Assembly (NCBI GenBank): GCA_900555715.1
Contig: USMC01000001.1
Location: 107,128 to 171,127, forward strand
Source: an uncultured Porphyromonadaceae bacterium
GTDB taxonomy: Bacteria > Bacteroidota > Bacteroidia > Bacteroidales > Muribaculaceae
DNA length: 64,000 nucleotides
Direction: 5' to 3'
Made by a program: the position numbers and the translations under genes. The first letter of the stretch is position 1. Each line of letters opens with the position of its first letter. Under the pieces are notes generated by a model that saw nothing but the letters and a program-made list of their open reading frames with translations, made no database searches and was not told the DNA's origin. Of this stretch, positions 9,800 to 19,740 are shown in pieces.

Positions 9800-10033
9800 T
9801 TAGAGTGTATTCATTATCCAATAGATTATCCCTAATGCGGAGAGGATTGAGATTATCCACCCGATGCCTCGGAATATTCTTTTAATCAGCCAACCGATAG
9901 TCAGACCAACGATTGCTCCGATGACAATCAGTATCACTTTTGCCACCTTTGCAACCGCCTTGCTTATGCGGTATTGATAGGAGGATTGGTGAGCTTGCCT
10001 TGACCTATTTATATGTTGTTCTGTGGCTTTCAT
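9800..10033 (-). CDS. small predicted membrane protein
   Basis: 77 aa with two hydrophobic helices (VILIVIGAIVGLTIGWLI and IGWIISILSALGIIYWI). It is in series with the PcfK-like gene. Confidence 0.3.
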   Translation of the reverse strand: MKATEQHINRSRQAHQSSYQYRISKAVAKVAKVILIVIGAIVGLTIGWLIKRIFRGIGWIISILSALGIIYWIMNTL

Positions 10034-10086
10034 ATCGGTGGGGGCTTTTTTTTAACCTCATGCGTCCAAAGACAGTGTGGTTGTTT

Positions 10087-10228
10087 GAGTTGCTTGACAC
10101 CTGAAAGGCGTGTGGCACAAAAGAAGGGATGTTCACGGCAAGACGGAAAAATACTACTCGCAGAGTGGAGATTTTTCCGGATCGACGCGAATGTCCCTTT
10201 GCCACACGTTTATTTTGGCAAGCAACTC
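10087..10228. repeat. long imperfect inverted repeat (arms ~10087-10123 and ~10197-10228)
   Basis: The left arm gagttgcttgacacctgaaaggcgtgtggcacaaaag pairs with the reverse complement of ctttgccacacgtttattttggcaagcaactc. Both ends match exactly (GAGTTGCTTG/CAAGCAACTC and CGTGTGGCA/TGCCACACG), around a ~75-nt central loop. Confidence 0.6.
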
Positions 10229-10395
10229 CAACAGACCCACAAGACTCAGGTACGCATCAGATGAAAATGGCCTCCCCGATATACAGGAAAGCCACAGGAC
10301 GACATTGAAATCAAAAATGCCGGACTTTACTGAACGGCATCATATTGAAAAATCTGGGGAAACAAGAAAATGGCAGAAAGAGAAAAGAAAGGAGA

Positions 10396-10866
10396 GTGCA
10401 ATCCCGGAACAGGATAATGTCCGGCATTTGTTCAGCCGGAGAGCAGCGCAGGCGCAGGGCAAATGACGGTCTTTATCCCCGTTGATTGAATTACCTGCGG
10501 GACATGGAATGACTGTGTTAAGTCGTAAGATGTGAACAACCGTCCCCGGTTGCACATCTTTCGGCGACACGGATATTCGATGTCCAGCATCGCAGTGTGG
10601 CAATGTAGAAATCCGGAACCGTCCTGTCAAGGACAACAATCAGGCAATAAGAAAAATAATGGAGTATGCAATCCCGGAACAGGATAATGTCCGGCATTTG
10701 TTCAAGCCGGAGAGCAGCGCAGGCGCAGGGCAAATGACGGTCTTTATCCCCGTGGATTGAATTACCTGCAGGACATGGAATGACCGTGTTCAGTCGTAAG
10801 ATGCGGACAACCGTCTCCGGTTGCACATCTTCCGGCGACACGGCTATTCGATGTCCAGCATCGCAG
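10396..10866. repeat. two direct tandem copies of a ~200-nt non-coding unit (10396-10595 and 10667-10866, ~95% identical, 71-nt spacer)
   Basis: The copies were aligned by eye. There are about 10 substitutions plus one 1-nt indel (ttcagccgg versus ttcaagccgg). Each unit contains the local hairpins ccggaac...gtccgg and caaccg-tctc-cggttg. The minus-strand ORFs across the units diverge by a frameshift and by mostly non-synonymous changes, so they are not coding. Confidence 0.85.
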
Positions 10867-11173
10867 CGAAGTCCAGCGAAGTATATTTCAGATTCAGTCA
10901 TCTGACATTATTAAGTATCAAAAATTATGAGTACTTTTGTGTGCAAAATTACGAATTGGAGTTACGGCTACTTAATAGTGACCCCGATTATGGGGCTGCG
11001 AGAGGTGTACTTTCCGGTGTTGTCATAGGTAAAAACAGGCAAATTACGATAGTTAAAAATCCTTAACACAAGCCAAAAATCTAAAATTCAATTTACTCGG
11101 CTTTCCGTCAACTTCCACAAAAGTACACGATTAGTACCCACGTCTCTCCAAACCCCTCTGAAAATCACCGAGT

Positions 11174-11208
11174 TTGCCCAAATAAGAAAAAATTTGTAAT
11201 TTTGTGGA
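11174..11208 (+). promoter_or_regulatory. candidate Bacteroidetes sigma-A promoter for leuS (-33 TTTG ... -7 TAATTTTG)
   Basis: gagTTTGccc and TAATTTTG are separated by ~21 nt, matching the Bacteroides TTTG/TAnnTTTG consensus. They lie ~40 nt upstream of the leuS ATG. Confidence 0.35.
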
Positions 11209-11249
11209 TTAATAGATATTTAAAGCATCCACAGAAATCAGTCACAGCT

Positions 11250-14024
11250 ATGGAATATAATCATAAAGAAATCGAGCCGCGCGTCCGGCAGTACTGGAAA
11301 GACAAAGACATCTACCGTGTGGACATCGATCCGTCGCGTCCGAAATATTATGTACTCGACATGTTTCCCTATCCATCGGGCGCCGGTCTGCACGTCGGTC
11401 ATCCCTTAGGTTATATTTCAAGCGATATCTTCGCCCGCTACAAACGTCTGCGCGGGTTTAACGTCCTACACCCGATGGGCTACGACGCCTACGGTCTTCC
11501 CGCCGAACAATATGCCATCCAGACCGGGCAGCACCCCGAAGTGACGACGCGCATCAATGTGGAGCGCTACGGCAAGCAGCTCGACAATATAGGATTGAGC
11601 TTTGACTGGAGCCGCCAGATACGCACCTGCGATCCGGAGTTCTATAAATGGACGCAGTGGGCTTTCCTGCGCATGTTCGAAAGCTATTACGACACCGCCG
11701 CCGACCGCGCCATGCCTGTTACCGGGCTCGTGGCTCACTTTGAGAAAGAAGGCAGCGCCGGAGTTCATGCCGCCTGCGGCAAGGAACTGCATTTCACGGC
11801 TGCCGAATGGAATGCGATGAGCGCCAAGGAGAAGAGCGATGTGCTGATGAACTACCGTCTTGCCTATCTCGGCAACTCGATGGTGAACTGGTGTCCGAAG
11901 CTCGGCACAGTGCTTGCCAACGACGAGGTGAGCGAAGGCGTCTCTGTCCGCGGAGGCTACCCTGTGGAGCAGAAAGAGATGTGGCAGTGGTTCCTGCGTG
12001 TGTCGGCGTATGCCGAGCGTCTTCTCAAAGGTCTTGACCGCATCGACTGGTCCGACTCCATCAAAGAGACACAGCGCAACTGGATAGGCCGCAGCGAAGG
12101 CGCCGAGATGCATTTCCGCATCGACGGTCGCGACGACATCGATCTTGAAATATTCACCACCCGCGCCGACACAGTCTTCGGCGTGACATTCATGGTTCTC
12201 GCACCGGAGAGCAAATACGTCGCTCAGCTTACGACTCCGGAGCAGCGTGCCGCTGTGGACGCATATCTCGAGTCCATCAAGCACCGCACCGAACGCGAGC
12301 GCATGATAGACAAGAAGGTGACAGGCGTTTTCAGCGGTTCGTATGCCATCAATCCGCTGTCGGGCAAGAAGGTTCCGGTATGGATCAGCGATTATGTCCT
12401 CGCAGGCTACGGCACCGGCGCCATCATGGCAGTGCCGGCGCATGACAGCCGCGACTACGCTTTCGCCCGCCATTTCGACCTGCCGGTGATTCCTCTTATC
12501 GAAGGCGCCGATGTGAGTGAGGCTTCGTTTGATGCCAAGGAGGGCAAGATGATAAATTCGGCCGGTCCGGAGCTGAACCTCAACGGCATGGATGTGAAAG
12601 ACGCCATCGCCGCCGCCAAGAAATATATCGAGAAAGCAGGGATAGGACGCGTGAAAGTGAACTATCGCCTCCGCGACGCCATTTTCAGCCGCCAGCGCTA
12701 CTGGGGCGAGCCCATACCCATCTGCTACGTCGACGGCATCCCGCAGCCTTACGAAAATCTGCCCCTCGAACTGCCCGAAATCGACAAATATTTGCCTACC
12801 GAGACGGGCGAGCCGCCGCTGGGACGTGCTAAAGACTGGCATACTCCCGAAGGCTACCCGCTCGAACTCAATACCATGCCCGGCTTCGCCGGATCGTCGG
12901 CATACTACCTGCGGTATATGGATCCGCACAACGACGGTGCTCTTGTGTCGAAGGAAGCCAACGGCTACTGGCGCAGCGTCGACCTCTACGTCGGCGGCAG
13001 CGAGCATGCCACAGGGCATCTCATCTACAGCCGGTTCTGGAACAAGTTCCTTTTCGACTACGGCTATGTGGTCGAGGACGAGCCTTTCCGCAAGCTCATC
13101 AACCAGGGCATGATTCAGGGTCGCACAAGCTTTGTCTACCGTATCAAGGACACCAATACTTTTGTCACTGCCGGAAAGAAAGATCAGTACGACACCACAC
13201 CCATACGCGTCGACATCAACATGGTCGACAACGATGTGCTCGACCAGGATGCTTTCCGCGCCTGGCGCCCCGAGTTTGCTGACGCGCAGTTTGTCTGCGA
13301 GGACGACGGACGCTATGTATGCGGCTGGGCGGTTGAGAAGATGTCGAAGTCGATGTTCAACGTCGTCAATCCCGACGACATCGTCGAACGCTACGGCGCC
13401 GATACTCTCCGCCTCTACGAAATGTTCCTCGGTCCTATCGAGCAGAGCAAACCATGGAACACGCACGGCATCGACGGTGTCTACCGTTTCCTCAAGAAAT
13501 TCTGGAGCCTCTATTACAAGGGCGACACTCTCCTTGTCGACGACAGCAAGCCGTCGGAAGAGAGCCTGCGCAGCCTCCACAAGCTCATCAGGAAGGTGAC
13601 TGCCGACATCGAGGCGTTCTCGTTCAACACGTCTGTTGCGGCGTTTATGATATGTGTCAACGAACTCGCACAGCAGAAATGCAGCTCGCGCGAAGTTCTT
13701 GAGCCGCTTGTCGTTCTTCTTGCGCCTTTCGCTCCCCACATCGCCGAGGAGCTGTGGCAGAAGGCTCTCGGTTACGACACGAGTGTCGTCGATGCCGCAT
13801 GGCCCGAGTACAACGAAGACTACCTCAAGGAGTCGACAGTGACGATGGCTGTGTCGTTCAACGGCAAGGCACGTTTCAACATCAGTGTTCCGGCAGATGC
13901 TTCCGCCGAAGTGGCGCAGGAGACAGCGCTTGCCGATCCTGCCGCAGCGAAGTGGCTCGACGGCAAGACCGTGCGCAAGGTCATCGTGGTGCCCGGTAAA
14001 ATCGTCAACATTGTCGTGGGCTGA
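11250..14024 (+). CDS. leuS: leucine--tRNA ligase
   Basis: HIGH motif [21 protein letters not shown] motif [10 protein letters not shown], ~925 aa. The start was set at [17 protein letters not shown]. Confidence 0.95.
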   Translation: MEYNHKEIEPRVRQYWKDKDIYRVDIDPSRPKYYVLDMFPYPSGAGLHVGHPLGYISSDIFARYKRLRGFNVLHPMGYDAYGLPAEQYAIQTGQHPEVTTRINVERYGKQLDNIGLSFDWSRQIRTCDPEFYKWTQWAFLRMFESYYDTAADRAMPVTGLVAHFEKEGSAGVHAACGKELHFTAAEWNAMSAKEKSDVLMNYRLAYLGNSMVNWCPKLGTVLANDEVSEGVSVRGGYPVEQKEMWQWFLRVSAYAERLLKGLDRIDWSDSIKETQRNWIGRSEGAEMHFRIDGRDDIDLEIFTTRADTVFGVTFMVLAPESKYVAQLTTPEQRAAVDAYLESIKHRTERERMIDKKVTGVFSGSYAINPLSGKKVPVWISDYVLAGYGTGAIMAVPAHDSRDYAFARHFDLPVIPLIEGADVSEASFDAKEGKMINSAGPELNLNGMDVKDAIAAAKKYIEKAGIGRVKVNYRLRDAIFSRQRYWGEPIPICYVDGIPQPYENLPLELPEIDKYLPTETGEPPLGRAKDWHTPEGYPLELNTMPGFAGSSAYYLRYMDPHNDGALVSKEANGYWRSVDLYVGGSEHATGHLIYSRFWNKFLFDYGYVVEDEPFRKLINQGMIQGRTSFVYRIKDTNTFVTAGKKDQYDTTPIRVDINMVDNDVLDQDAFRAWRPEFADAQFVCEDDGRYVCGWAVEKMSKSMFNVVNPDDIVERYGADTLRLYEMFLGPIEQSKPWNTHGIDGVYRFLKKFWSLYYKGDTLLVDDSKPSEESLRSLHKLIRKVTADIEAFSFNTSVAAFMICVNELAQQKCSSREVLEPLVVLLAPFAPHIAEELWQKALGYDTSVVDAAWPEYNEDYLKESTVTMAVSFNGKARFNISVPADASAEVAQETALADPAAAKWLDGKTVRKVIVVPGKIVNIVVG

Positions 14025-14088
14025 TGTTTAACAGATATTATAGAGCATTCTACGGCAATAAGCCAGGCAATATAGCGTTATTTTTCTG

Positions 14089-14685
14089 ATGAAACAGATT
14101 ATATTCGCCACAGGCAATGCCAATAAGCTCCGCGAGTTGCGCCAGATCCTCGGTCCGTCGTACGAAGTGAAAGGTCTTGCCGACATAGGCTGCCACGACG
14201 ACATCCCGGAGACCGCCGACACCTTCGAAGGCAACGCCCTGCAAAAAGCACAGTGGGTGAAGGATCGCTACGGATACGACTGCATAGCGGAAGACGCCGG
14301 TCTGGAAGTCGACGCTCTCGGCGGTGCTCCCGGCGTGTTCAGCGCCCGCTATGCCGGTCCGGGTCATGATGCCGGAGCCAATAACAGGCTGCTTCTGGAG
14401 CGCATGGAAGGCGTAACTGACCGTACGGCACGATTCCGCGCCGTTCTTGTTCTTCTACGCGACAGCGACGGCGCTCACTTCTTCGAAGGAAAAATCGAAG
14501 GAGACATTCTCGAAGCGCCGCGCGGCGACGGCGGTTTCGGCTACGACCCTCTGTTCGTGCCGAAAGGCTGGACAAAGACTTTTGCCGAGGCATCGGCGGA
14601 AGAAAAGAATGCTGTCAGTCACCGCGGGCAGGCTGTGGCGGCTCTGCGCAATTTCATCGCTAAGGAAAACGACAACAAGCCATAA
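14089..14685 (+). CDS. rdgB: non-canonical purine NTP pyrophosphatase (dITP/XTP pyrophosphatase, RdgB/Ham1 family)
   Basis: IIFATGNANKLRE..., FEGNALQKAQ, FGYDPLFVP and ...EEKNAVSHRGQA are Ham1-family signatures. Confidence 0.9.
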   Translation: MKQIIFATGNANKLRELRQILGPSYEVKGLADIGCHDDIPETADTFEGNALQKAQWVKDRYGYDCIAEDAGLEVDALGGAPGVFSARYAGPGHDAGANNRLLLERMEGVTDRTARFRAVLVLLRDSDGAHFFEGKIEGDILEAPRGDGGFGYDPLFVPKGWTKTFAEASAEEKNAVSHRGQAVAALRNFIAKENDNKP

Positions 14686-14691
14686 TAAAGT

Positions 14692-17127
14692 ATGTTCAAG
14701 AAAACTCTCCATATTCTCTCTCTCGCCCTGTGCCTTGCGTGCTCGGTGACTGTCGTCGCCCAGATGAAGACAGGCCGCTGGACAAGTTATGCCGTCAGCG
14801 GTACTATGAGCAAAATCGCCGAGGCTTCCGACAAGGTCTACATGCACCTCGGACCATCGCTTTTCTCGCTGTCGGACGACAATGAGTTCTACAGCTACAG
14901 CCCGAGCAACAAACTGTCCGACACCTCCGCGATAACCGGTATCTGGTACTGCAAGGAAGGACGCTATCTTTTTGTCGCCTACGAGTCGGGCAACATCGAC
15001 ATCATCTACGACGACGGACGCGTCTGCAACATGGCGGATATCAAGGATGCGGTGCTTACTTTCGGCAGAACCATCAACGACGTCGCTTTTGCCGGCGGAC
15101 GCATATACGTCGCCACCGATTTCGGAATTGTTGTCTTCGACGCAGAGAAAAATCAGGTGATAGAATCGGGAATCTATAATTCTCCGATTGTGCATGTGTT
15201 TGTAATGGGCGATAATCTTGTTCTTATCCATGAGCACGAAGTGCTGTCGGCTCCGCTCGATGTGCGCCATAATCAGCTCGACAGATTCGTGGCGCTATCG
15301 AAGAATCTGTGGTACAATAAGGTTGTCAAGCTCGACGACAATCACTTTTTCTATATCCATACATCCGGTCGTCCTTACATCGGAACATTGGATTTCGATG
15401 CCGGAACGTGCCGCGTGGCGGCTCTCGAAATAGGCAACAACATTGCCAATGATATTTCCGCCGCCGACAGCGGTGTCGCCGTCTATCAGGGTGATGACAT
15501 TTATATCTACGGCGCCGACAACAGCATTGCCAAAGCGACGCTTCCCGAAGCTTTCGCCGGTTCAAAGACCTATGTAAGCAGCGGTCTCGAATCGGTATGG
15601 ACGAACAACCGCGACGGCGTGGCATGTCTCGACCTCAGCAAGTCTACTCCGTCGGTCACGATGCAGCCCTTCCAGCCGGAAGCTTTCACCATGATCAATC
15701 CGGCAGCTATGGTGTGGAGCGGCGACGGCAGCCGTCTCTATGTGTCGAACATCGGTCCTTCGCATCATCTTGCCGGAATCAAAGGCGAAGGCTATGATGT
15801 CGTCGCCCGCGTGTGCAGCGTCGAGGGCGGTGTAATCCGCAATGTAATGCCGTCGTCGGTGAAACTCGAAAACAGCCCCGAACTCTCGGATGCGCAGCGC
15901 CGTGCAGGCACCGAAGAAATCATCGGCGGTCCTTCGCGCATTGCCGTCGATCCGGACGATCCGTCGCTTATATATGTCCCCGTCCGCCGTGCCGGTGTGT
16001 TTGCTGTCAGAGACGGAGAATTTGTAGCGCTCATCAATTCAGACAATGCGCCCTATGAGCCCGATGCTAACCGTTGGTCGCAGAACAGTTTCCTCGCCGC
16101 TATCGATCAGGACGACAATCTGTGGATTGCCGACAGCTATAAAACGCCGGCGAGCATCTTCGTCCTTCCCGCCGCCAAGCGCCGTTCGAAAATAAAGAAT
16201 CTCACTGAGTCGGACTGGACGACGGTCAAGCTTCCCGAATCTTTCCAGAGACCCAATCGCGACTATTTCGTAACTTTCGGAAAACGTTCCCATTATAACA
16301 TCATCTCCAGCGGACTCTGGGGTATCGGTTTCCTGATTATGGACAACAACGGTACTCCGAGCAATTTCCGCGACGATAAATTCGCCTACTATTCGAGTGT
16401 TACCGATCAGAACGGCAACGTCCTCTCTCTCGACTATACAACCTGCGCGGTAGAGGATGCCGGCGGTAAGTTCTGGGTAGGCACCGGTCAGGGGCTCTTC
16501 GTGATAGATAATCCCGCCGGAGCCATGAGCGGCAACACGACGGTCCGCCGCCCCATTGTGCCTCGCAACGACGGTACGCAGCTCGGCGACTATCTTCTGA
16601 GCACTGAGAAAATCAATGCGATATCCGTCGATCCGTCCAACCGCAAATGGATTGCTACCGAAAGTTCCGGCGTGTACCTCGTCAGCGCCGACGGCACGGA
16701 GATAATAGCCAATTACAACACGTCCAACAGCGCCCTGCCATCCAACTGCGTCTATACTGTATCCGCCGATCCGGGCAGCAATAAGGTCTATATGGGCACG
16801 CAGCTCGGCACAGTATGCTTCGACAGCGACTCATCACCGGCGGCAGAAGATTTTTCAGATGTCTATGCCTATCCGAACCCTGTGCGACCTGAATATTCCG
16901 GATGGATCACTATCGCAGGACTTATGGAAGGCTCTCTTGTCAAGATCGCCGATGCTGCCGGAAATGTCTTTTTCCAGGGTCGCTCCGAAGGCGGAATGAT
17001 AGCCTGGGACGGCTGTGATGCCTCCGGCAGCAGAGTACGCACGGGAGTGTACTATGTATTCGCCTCGCAGGGCGGCGAAGGCACGCCGACAAGCGGTGCG
17101 GTAACGAAAATTCTTGTAGTAAACTAA
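14692..17127 (+). CDS. secreted beta-propeller-like protein with T9SS type A C-terminal sorting domain
   Basis: Signal peptide MFKKTLHILSLALCLACSVTVVAQ. The C-terminal ~80 aa (YAYPNPVRPEYSGWITIAGL...GVYYVFASQ...VTKILVVN) match the Por secretion CTD pattern. Confidence 0.7.
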   Translation: MFKKTLHILSLALCLACSVTVVAQMKTGRWTSYAVSGTMSKIAEASDKVYMHLGPSLFSLSDDNEFYSYSPSNKLSDTSAITGIWYCKEGRYLFVAYESGNIDIIYDDGRVCNMADIKDAVLTFGRTINDVAFAGGRIYVATDFGIVVFDAEKNQVIESGIYNSPIVHVFVMGDNLVLIHEHEVLSAPLDVRHNQLDRFVALSKNLWYNKVVKLDDNHFFYIHTSGRPYIGTLDFDAGTCRVAALEIGNNIANDISAADSGVAVYQGDDIYIYGADNSIAKATLPEAFAGSKTYVSSGLESVWTNNRDGVACLDLSKSTPSVTMQPFQPEAFTMINPAAMVWSGDGSRLYVSNIGPSHHLAGIKGEGYDVVARVCSVEGGVIRNVMPSSVKLENSPELSDAQRRAGTEEIIGGPSRIAVDPDDPSLIYVPVRRAGVFAVRDGEFVALINSDNAPYEPDANRWSQNSFLAAIDQDDNLWIADSYKTPASIFVLPAAKRRSKIKNLTESDWTTVKLPESFQRPNRDYFVTFGKRSHYNIISSGLWGIGFLIMDNNGTPSNFRDDKFAYYSSVTDQNGNVLSLDYTTCAVEDAGGKFWVGTGQGLFVIDNPAGAMSGNTTVRRPIVPRNDGTQLGDYLLSTEKINAISVDPSNRKWIATESSGVYLVSADGTEIIANYNTSNSALPSNCVYTVSADPGSNKVYMGTQLGTVCFDSDSSPAAEDFSDVYAYPNPVRPEYSGWITIAGLMEGSLVKIADAAGNVFFQGRSEGGMIAWDGCDASGSRVRTGVYYVFASQGGEGTPTSGAVTKILVVN

Positions 17128-17156
17128 GAAGCTGTTTTGAAATAAACTGAATTCTG

Positions 17157-17690
17157 ATGGAAACTCATAACAAACTGAGCTACGCCGACGACAGGGACAA
17201 GACCTATGGCGTGGCAGGAATGGCAATCACTATAGTGGCACTCGATGCGGAGGACTATCTCGACGGCATCAATCTCGACGGCAACCCGGGGGAACATATT
17301 CTTATGAGTCATGATTTCGCCTCGAAAGGTAACCCGCGTATGTCGGCGAAAATAGTGTGGGAACAGACGCTCAAAGATCTGCGTCTGTGGACGTCGATGG
17401 CACTCGGCAATGTGGCGTGCCGCCGGTATGTGCTCGCCCACCGCGGTCTCACCTCTTCCGACCAGGCTGAGCTCCGTTCGGCTCTCCGGCGCGATGCCGA
17501 GGAACACTGCGGTCTTGACAGTGACGAATCCGACCGCCTTTTTGACTCATGCCTCGGTTATGTAGACCGCATATTCCGCCATCAGGGCGTCCTGCCGATA
17601 GCCGAAAGCTTCGCACGCACCCTCGCCGAGCGCCGCACGCTCACAGCCAGCGAGGCAATCGACATCCTTGCCTCGCTCGGGCTGAGATAA
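17157..17690 (+). CDS. hypothetical protein
   Basis: 177-aa ORF with native GC-rich codon usage. No motif was recognised. Confidence 0.4.
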   Translation: METHNKLSYADDRDKTYGVAGMAITIVALDAEDYLDGINLDGNPGEHILMSHDFASKGNPRMSAKIVWEQTLKDLRLWTSMALGNVACRRYVLAHRGLTSSDQAELRSALRRDAEEHCGLDSDESDRLFDSCLGYVDRIFRHQGVLPIAESFARTLAERRTLTASEAIDILASLGLR

Positions 17691-17795
17691 AGATTCTTAC
17701 GGATAAATTGCGGGATTGTGAAATCTTTGTGAAATCTTTTTTTCTATTTTTTTGCGGTTTTTATTAATTTTGCAGTAGAAAACCCATAACAATAC

Positions 17796-19616
17796 ATGGA
17801 TTACAGTCTACTCAACTTTTTAGGTCTGCTCGGTGCCGTAGGATTGTTCCTCTACGGTATGAAAGTGATGAGCGAAGGCCTTCAGAAAGCGGCCGGCGAC
17901 CGTTTGCGTAATATACTCTCCGCCATGACCCGTAACCGCTTCACCGGTCTTCTCACCGGCTGTGCGATTACCGCTCTCATCCAGAGTTCTTCAGCGTCCA
18001 CTGTCATGGTGGTCAGCTTTGTCAACGCCGGTCTTATGTCGCTGGGTCAGTCGATGGCTGTAATTTTCGGCGCCAATGTCGGCACGACTTTCACTGCCTG
18101 GATCATAGCCCTCTTCGGCTTCAAAGTCGATATTTCGTCTTACATGCTTCCTCTGATCGGTTTTGCTGTTGTACTCCTGCTGATGAACAAGAGCAAAACC
18201 AAGAGTATCGGTGAATTCCTGATAGGTTTCAGCTTCCTCTTCATGGGTCTCGACCTTATCAGCGCGAATGTCCCCGACCTTCAGAACAATCCCGAGATGT
18301 TTGCCTACCTCAAGCAGTATGCTTCGATGGGTGTGGCATCAATACTCATCTTTACGTTCGTCGGCATGGTGCTGACAATGATAATCCAGTCGTCGGCGGC
18401 GACATTCGCCATCACGCTGATAATGTGCTCTAAGGGCTGGATAACATTCGATCTTGCGTGCGCCCTTGTGCTGGGCTCAAATATAGGAACCACCATTACG
18501 CCTATCCTTGCCTCTCTGAGCGGCAATGTTGCGGCGAAGCGTGCCTCCATGGGGCATATGCTGTTTAACCTTCTCGGCACATTGTGGTGCGTATGCGTCT
18601 TCATTCCGTTCGCCAACCTCAACAGTTGGCTTACAGAAGTTATAGGTCAGGGCGACCCCAACGCGCTCTATGCCTATGTCAACAATCTCGAAGCTACCAA
18701 TCCGGAGATTTACAACCATCTGTTTGACAATTCCCTTCCAGCCGGGCATGATGTTCTGAAAAACATCGCCGCCATGCAGATGAGCGTGTCGTTCGGTCTT
18801 TCTATATTCCACACAACGTTCAACATAGTCAATGTCGTTGTGATGATATGGCTGACGAATGTGTATGTCAAGATTGTTGAATGGCTTGTACCATCGAAAA
18901 ACCGTGACGATGAAGAGTTTACGCTCAAATTCATCTCCGGCGGTCTTATGAATGCCGCCGAGCTCAATATTGCCACTGCCGAGAAAGAGATATCGGTCTA
19001 TGCCGAGCGTGTCGACAGGATGATAGGAATGGCGCAGACCCTCATACATACCAAGGAAAAATCGGAAGAATACAACACTCTTCTGTCGCGCGTGGAAAAA
19101 TATGAGGATATATCCGACCGCATGGAGCTGGAGATAGCCCACTACCTCAACCGCTGTGCCGAGGGGCGTCTTTCGAACGAAGGCAAACTGAAGATAGCCG
19201 CCATGCTCAACATAATCAGCGAGATAGAAAGCATCGCCGACTGCTGCATGGGCATAGGCAAGATTATGAACCGCAAGATAGAGGCTGCGGCGGTTTTCAC
19301 ACAGGAGATATACGACAATATCGACACCATGTATGCCTACGTCAAGCAGGCTATGAAGCTTATGATGGCTCAGCTCACCGACATGGAGAGTGTCAGCGGC
19401 AAGTCGCTTATCGAGTCCTATAACAAGGAGCGCGAAATCAACAACTACCGCAACACACTCCGCAGTACGAACGTAGAGAACATCAACGAGAAGCATTACG
19501 AGTACCAGGCCGGCATCTACTACATGGATATCATAGGAGACCTTGAGAAAACGGGCGACTATATAATAAATGTCGTCGACACGCTCCGCGACAACTTCCA
19601 CAAGGCTGCCAAATAG
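17796..19616 (+). CDS. Na/Pi-cotransporter family protein (NptA/YjbB-like, with PhoU-like C-terminal domain)
   Basis: The Na_Pi_cotrans repeats read LLGAVGLFLYGMKVMSEGL...QSSSA(S/A)T, seen twice. The C-terminus is a long helical PhoU-like domain. Confidence 0.9.
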   Translation: MDYSLLNFLGLLGAVGLFLYGMKVMSEGLQKAAGDRLRNILSAMTRNRFTGLLTGCAITALIQSSSASTVMVVSFVNAGLMSLGQSMAVIFGANVGTTFTAWIIALFGFKVDISSYMLPLIGFAVVLLLMNKSKTKSIGEFLIGFSFLFMGLDLISANVPDLQNNPEMFAYLKQYASMGVASILIFTFVGMVLTMIIQSSAATFAITLIMCSKGWITFDLACALVLGSNIGTTITPILASLSGNVAAKRASMGHMLFNLLGTLWCVCVFIPFANLNSWLTEVIGQGDPNALYAYVNNLEATNPEIYNHLFDNSLPAGHDVLKNIAAMQMSVSFGLSIFHTTFNIVNVVVMIWLTNVYVKIVEWLVPSKNRDDEEFTLKFISGGLMNAAELNIATAEKEISVYAERVDRMIGMAQTLIHTKEKSEEYNTLLSRVEKYEDISDRMELEIAHYLNRCAEGRLSNEGKLKIAAMLNIISEIESIADCCMGIGKIMNRKIEAAAVFTQEIYDNIDTMYAYVKQAMKLMMAQLTDMESVSGKSLIESYNKEREINNYRNTLRSTNVENINEKHYEYQAGIYYMDIIGDLEKTGDYIINVVDTLRDNFHKAAK

Positions 19617-19740
19617 GTGGTGAAACGGTGTAAGTTTAATAAAAATCGGGCACAAAAGTCATACAATACGGTTACAGTCGTTGTGGATACCATAGATTTG
19701 AGGTATTTTTGCAAAGAAAACCTGGCTTAGAGTATTCTGA

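Noticed and set aside
10450-10560. Possible riboswitch (glycine-like GGAGAG...GGGCAA, or cobalamin) within the tandem repeat units
   Set aside because: Only fragmentary resemblance to the glycine aptamer core was seen. There is no B12 box, no TPP or SAM core motif, and the unit length and organisation (200 nt units, 71-nt spacer) do not match tandem glycine aptamers. It is kept as an unexplained structured repeat instead.
10340-10901. Two overlapping minus-strand ORFs (99 and 127 aa) with similar translations across the tandem repeats
   Set aside because: Their similarity only reflects the DNA duplication. Between copies there is a 1-nt indel and mostly non-synonymous substitutions, so there is no evidence of purifying selection on a protein.
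11466-13739. 757-aa minus-strand ORF antisense to leuS
   Set aside because: It lies entirely inside the leuS coding region, which carries unmistakable HIGH/KMSKS motifs. The translation is Arg/Ala/Val-rich and low-complexity, typical of a shadow frame in GC-rich DNA.
17716-17739. 12-bp direct duplication tgtgaaatcttt x2 upstream of the Na/Pi cotransporter gene
   Set aside because: Very short and AT-rich. It probably reflects slippage or part of a promoter UP-like element. There is insufficient evidence for function, and the spacing to the nearby TAATTTTG box does not fit the -33/-7 consensus.
18477-19655. 392-aa minus-strand ORF antisense to the Na/Pi cotransporter gene
   Set aside because: Shadow ORF. 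The plus-strand gene has clear family motifs and the antisense product has no features.
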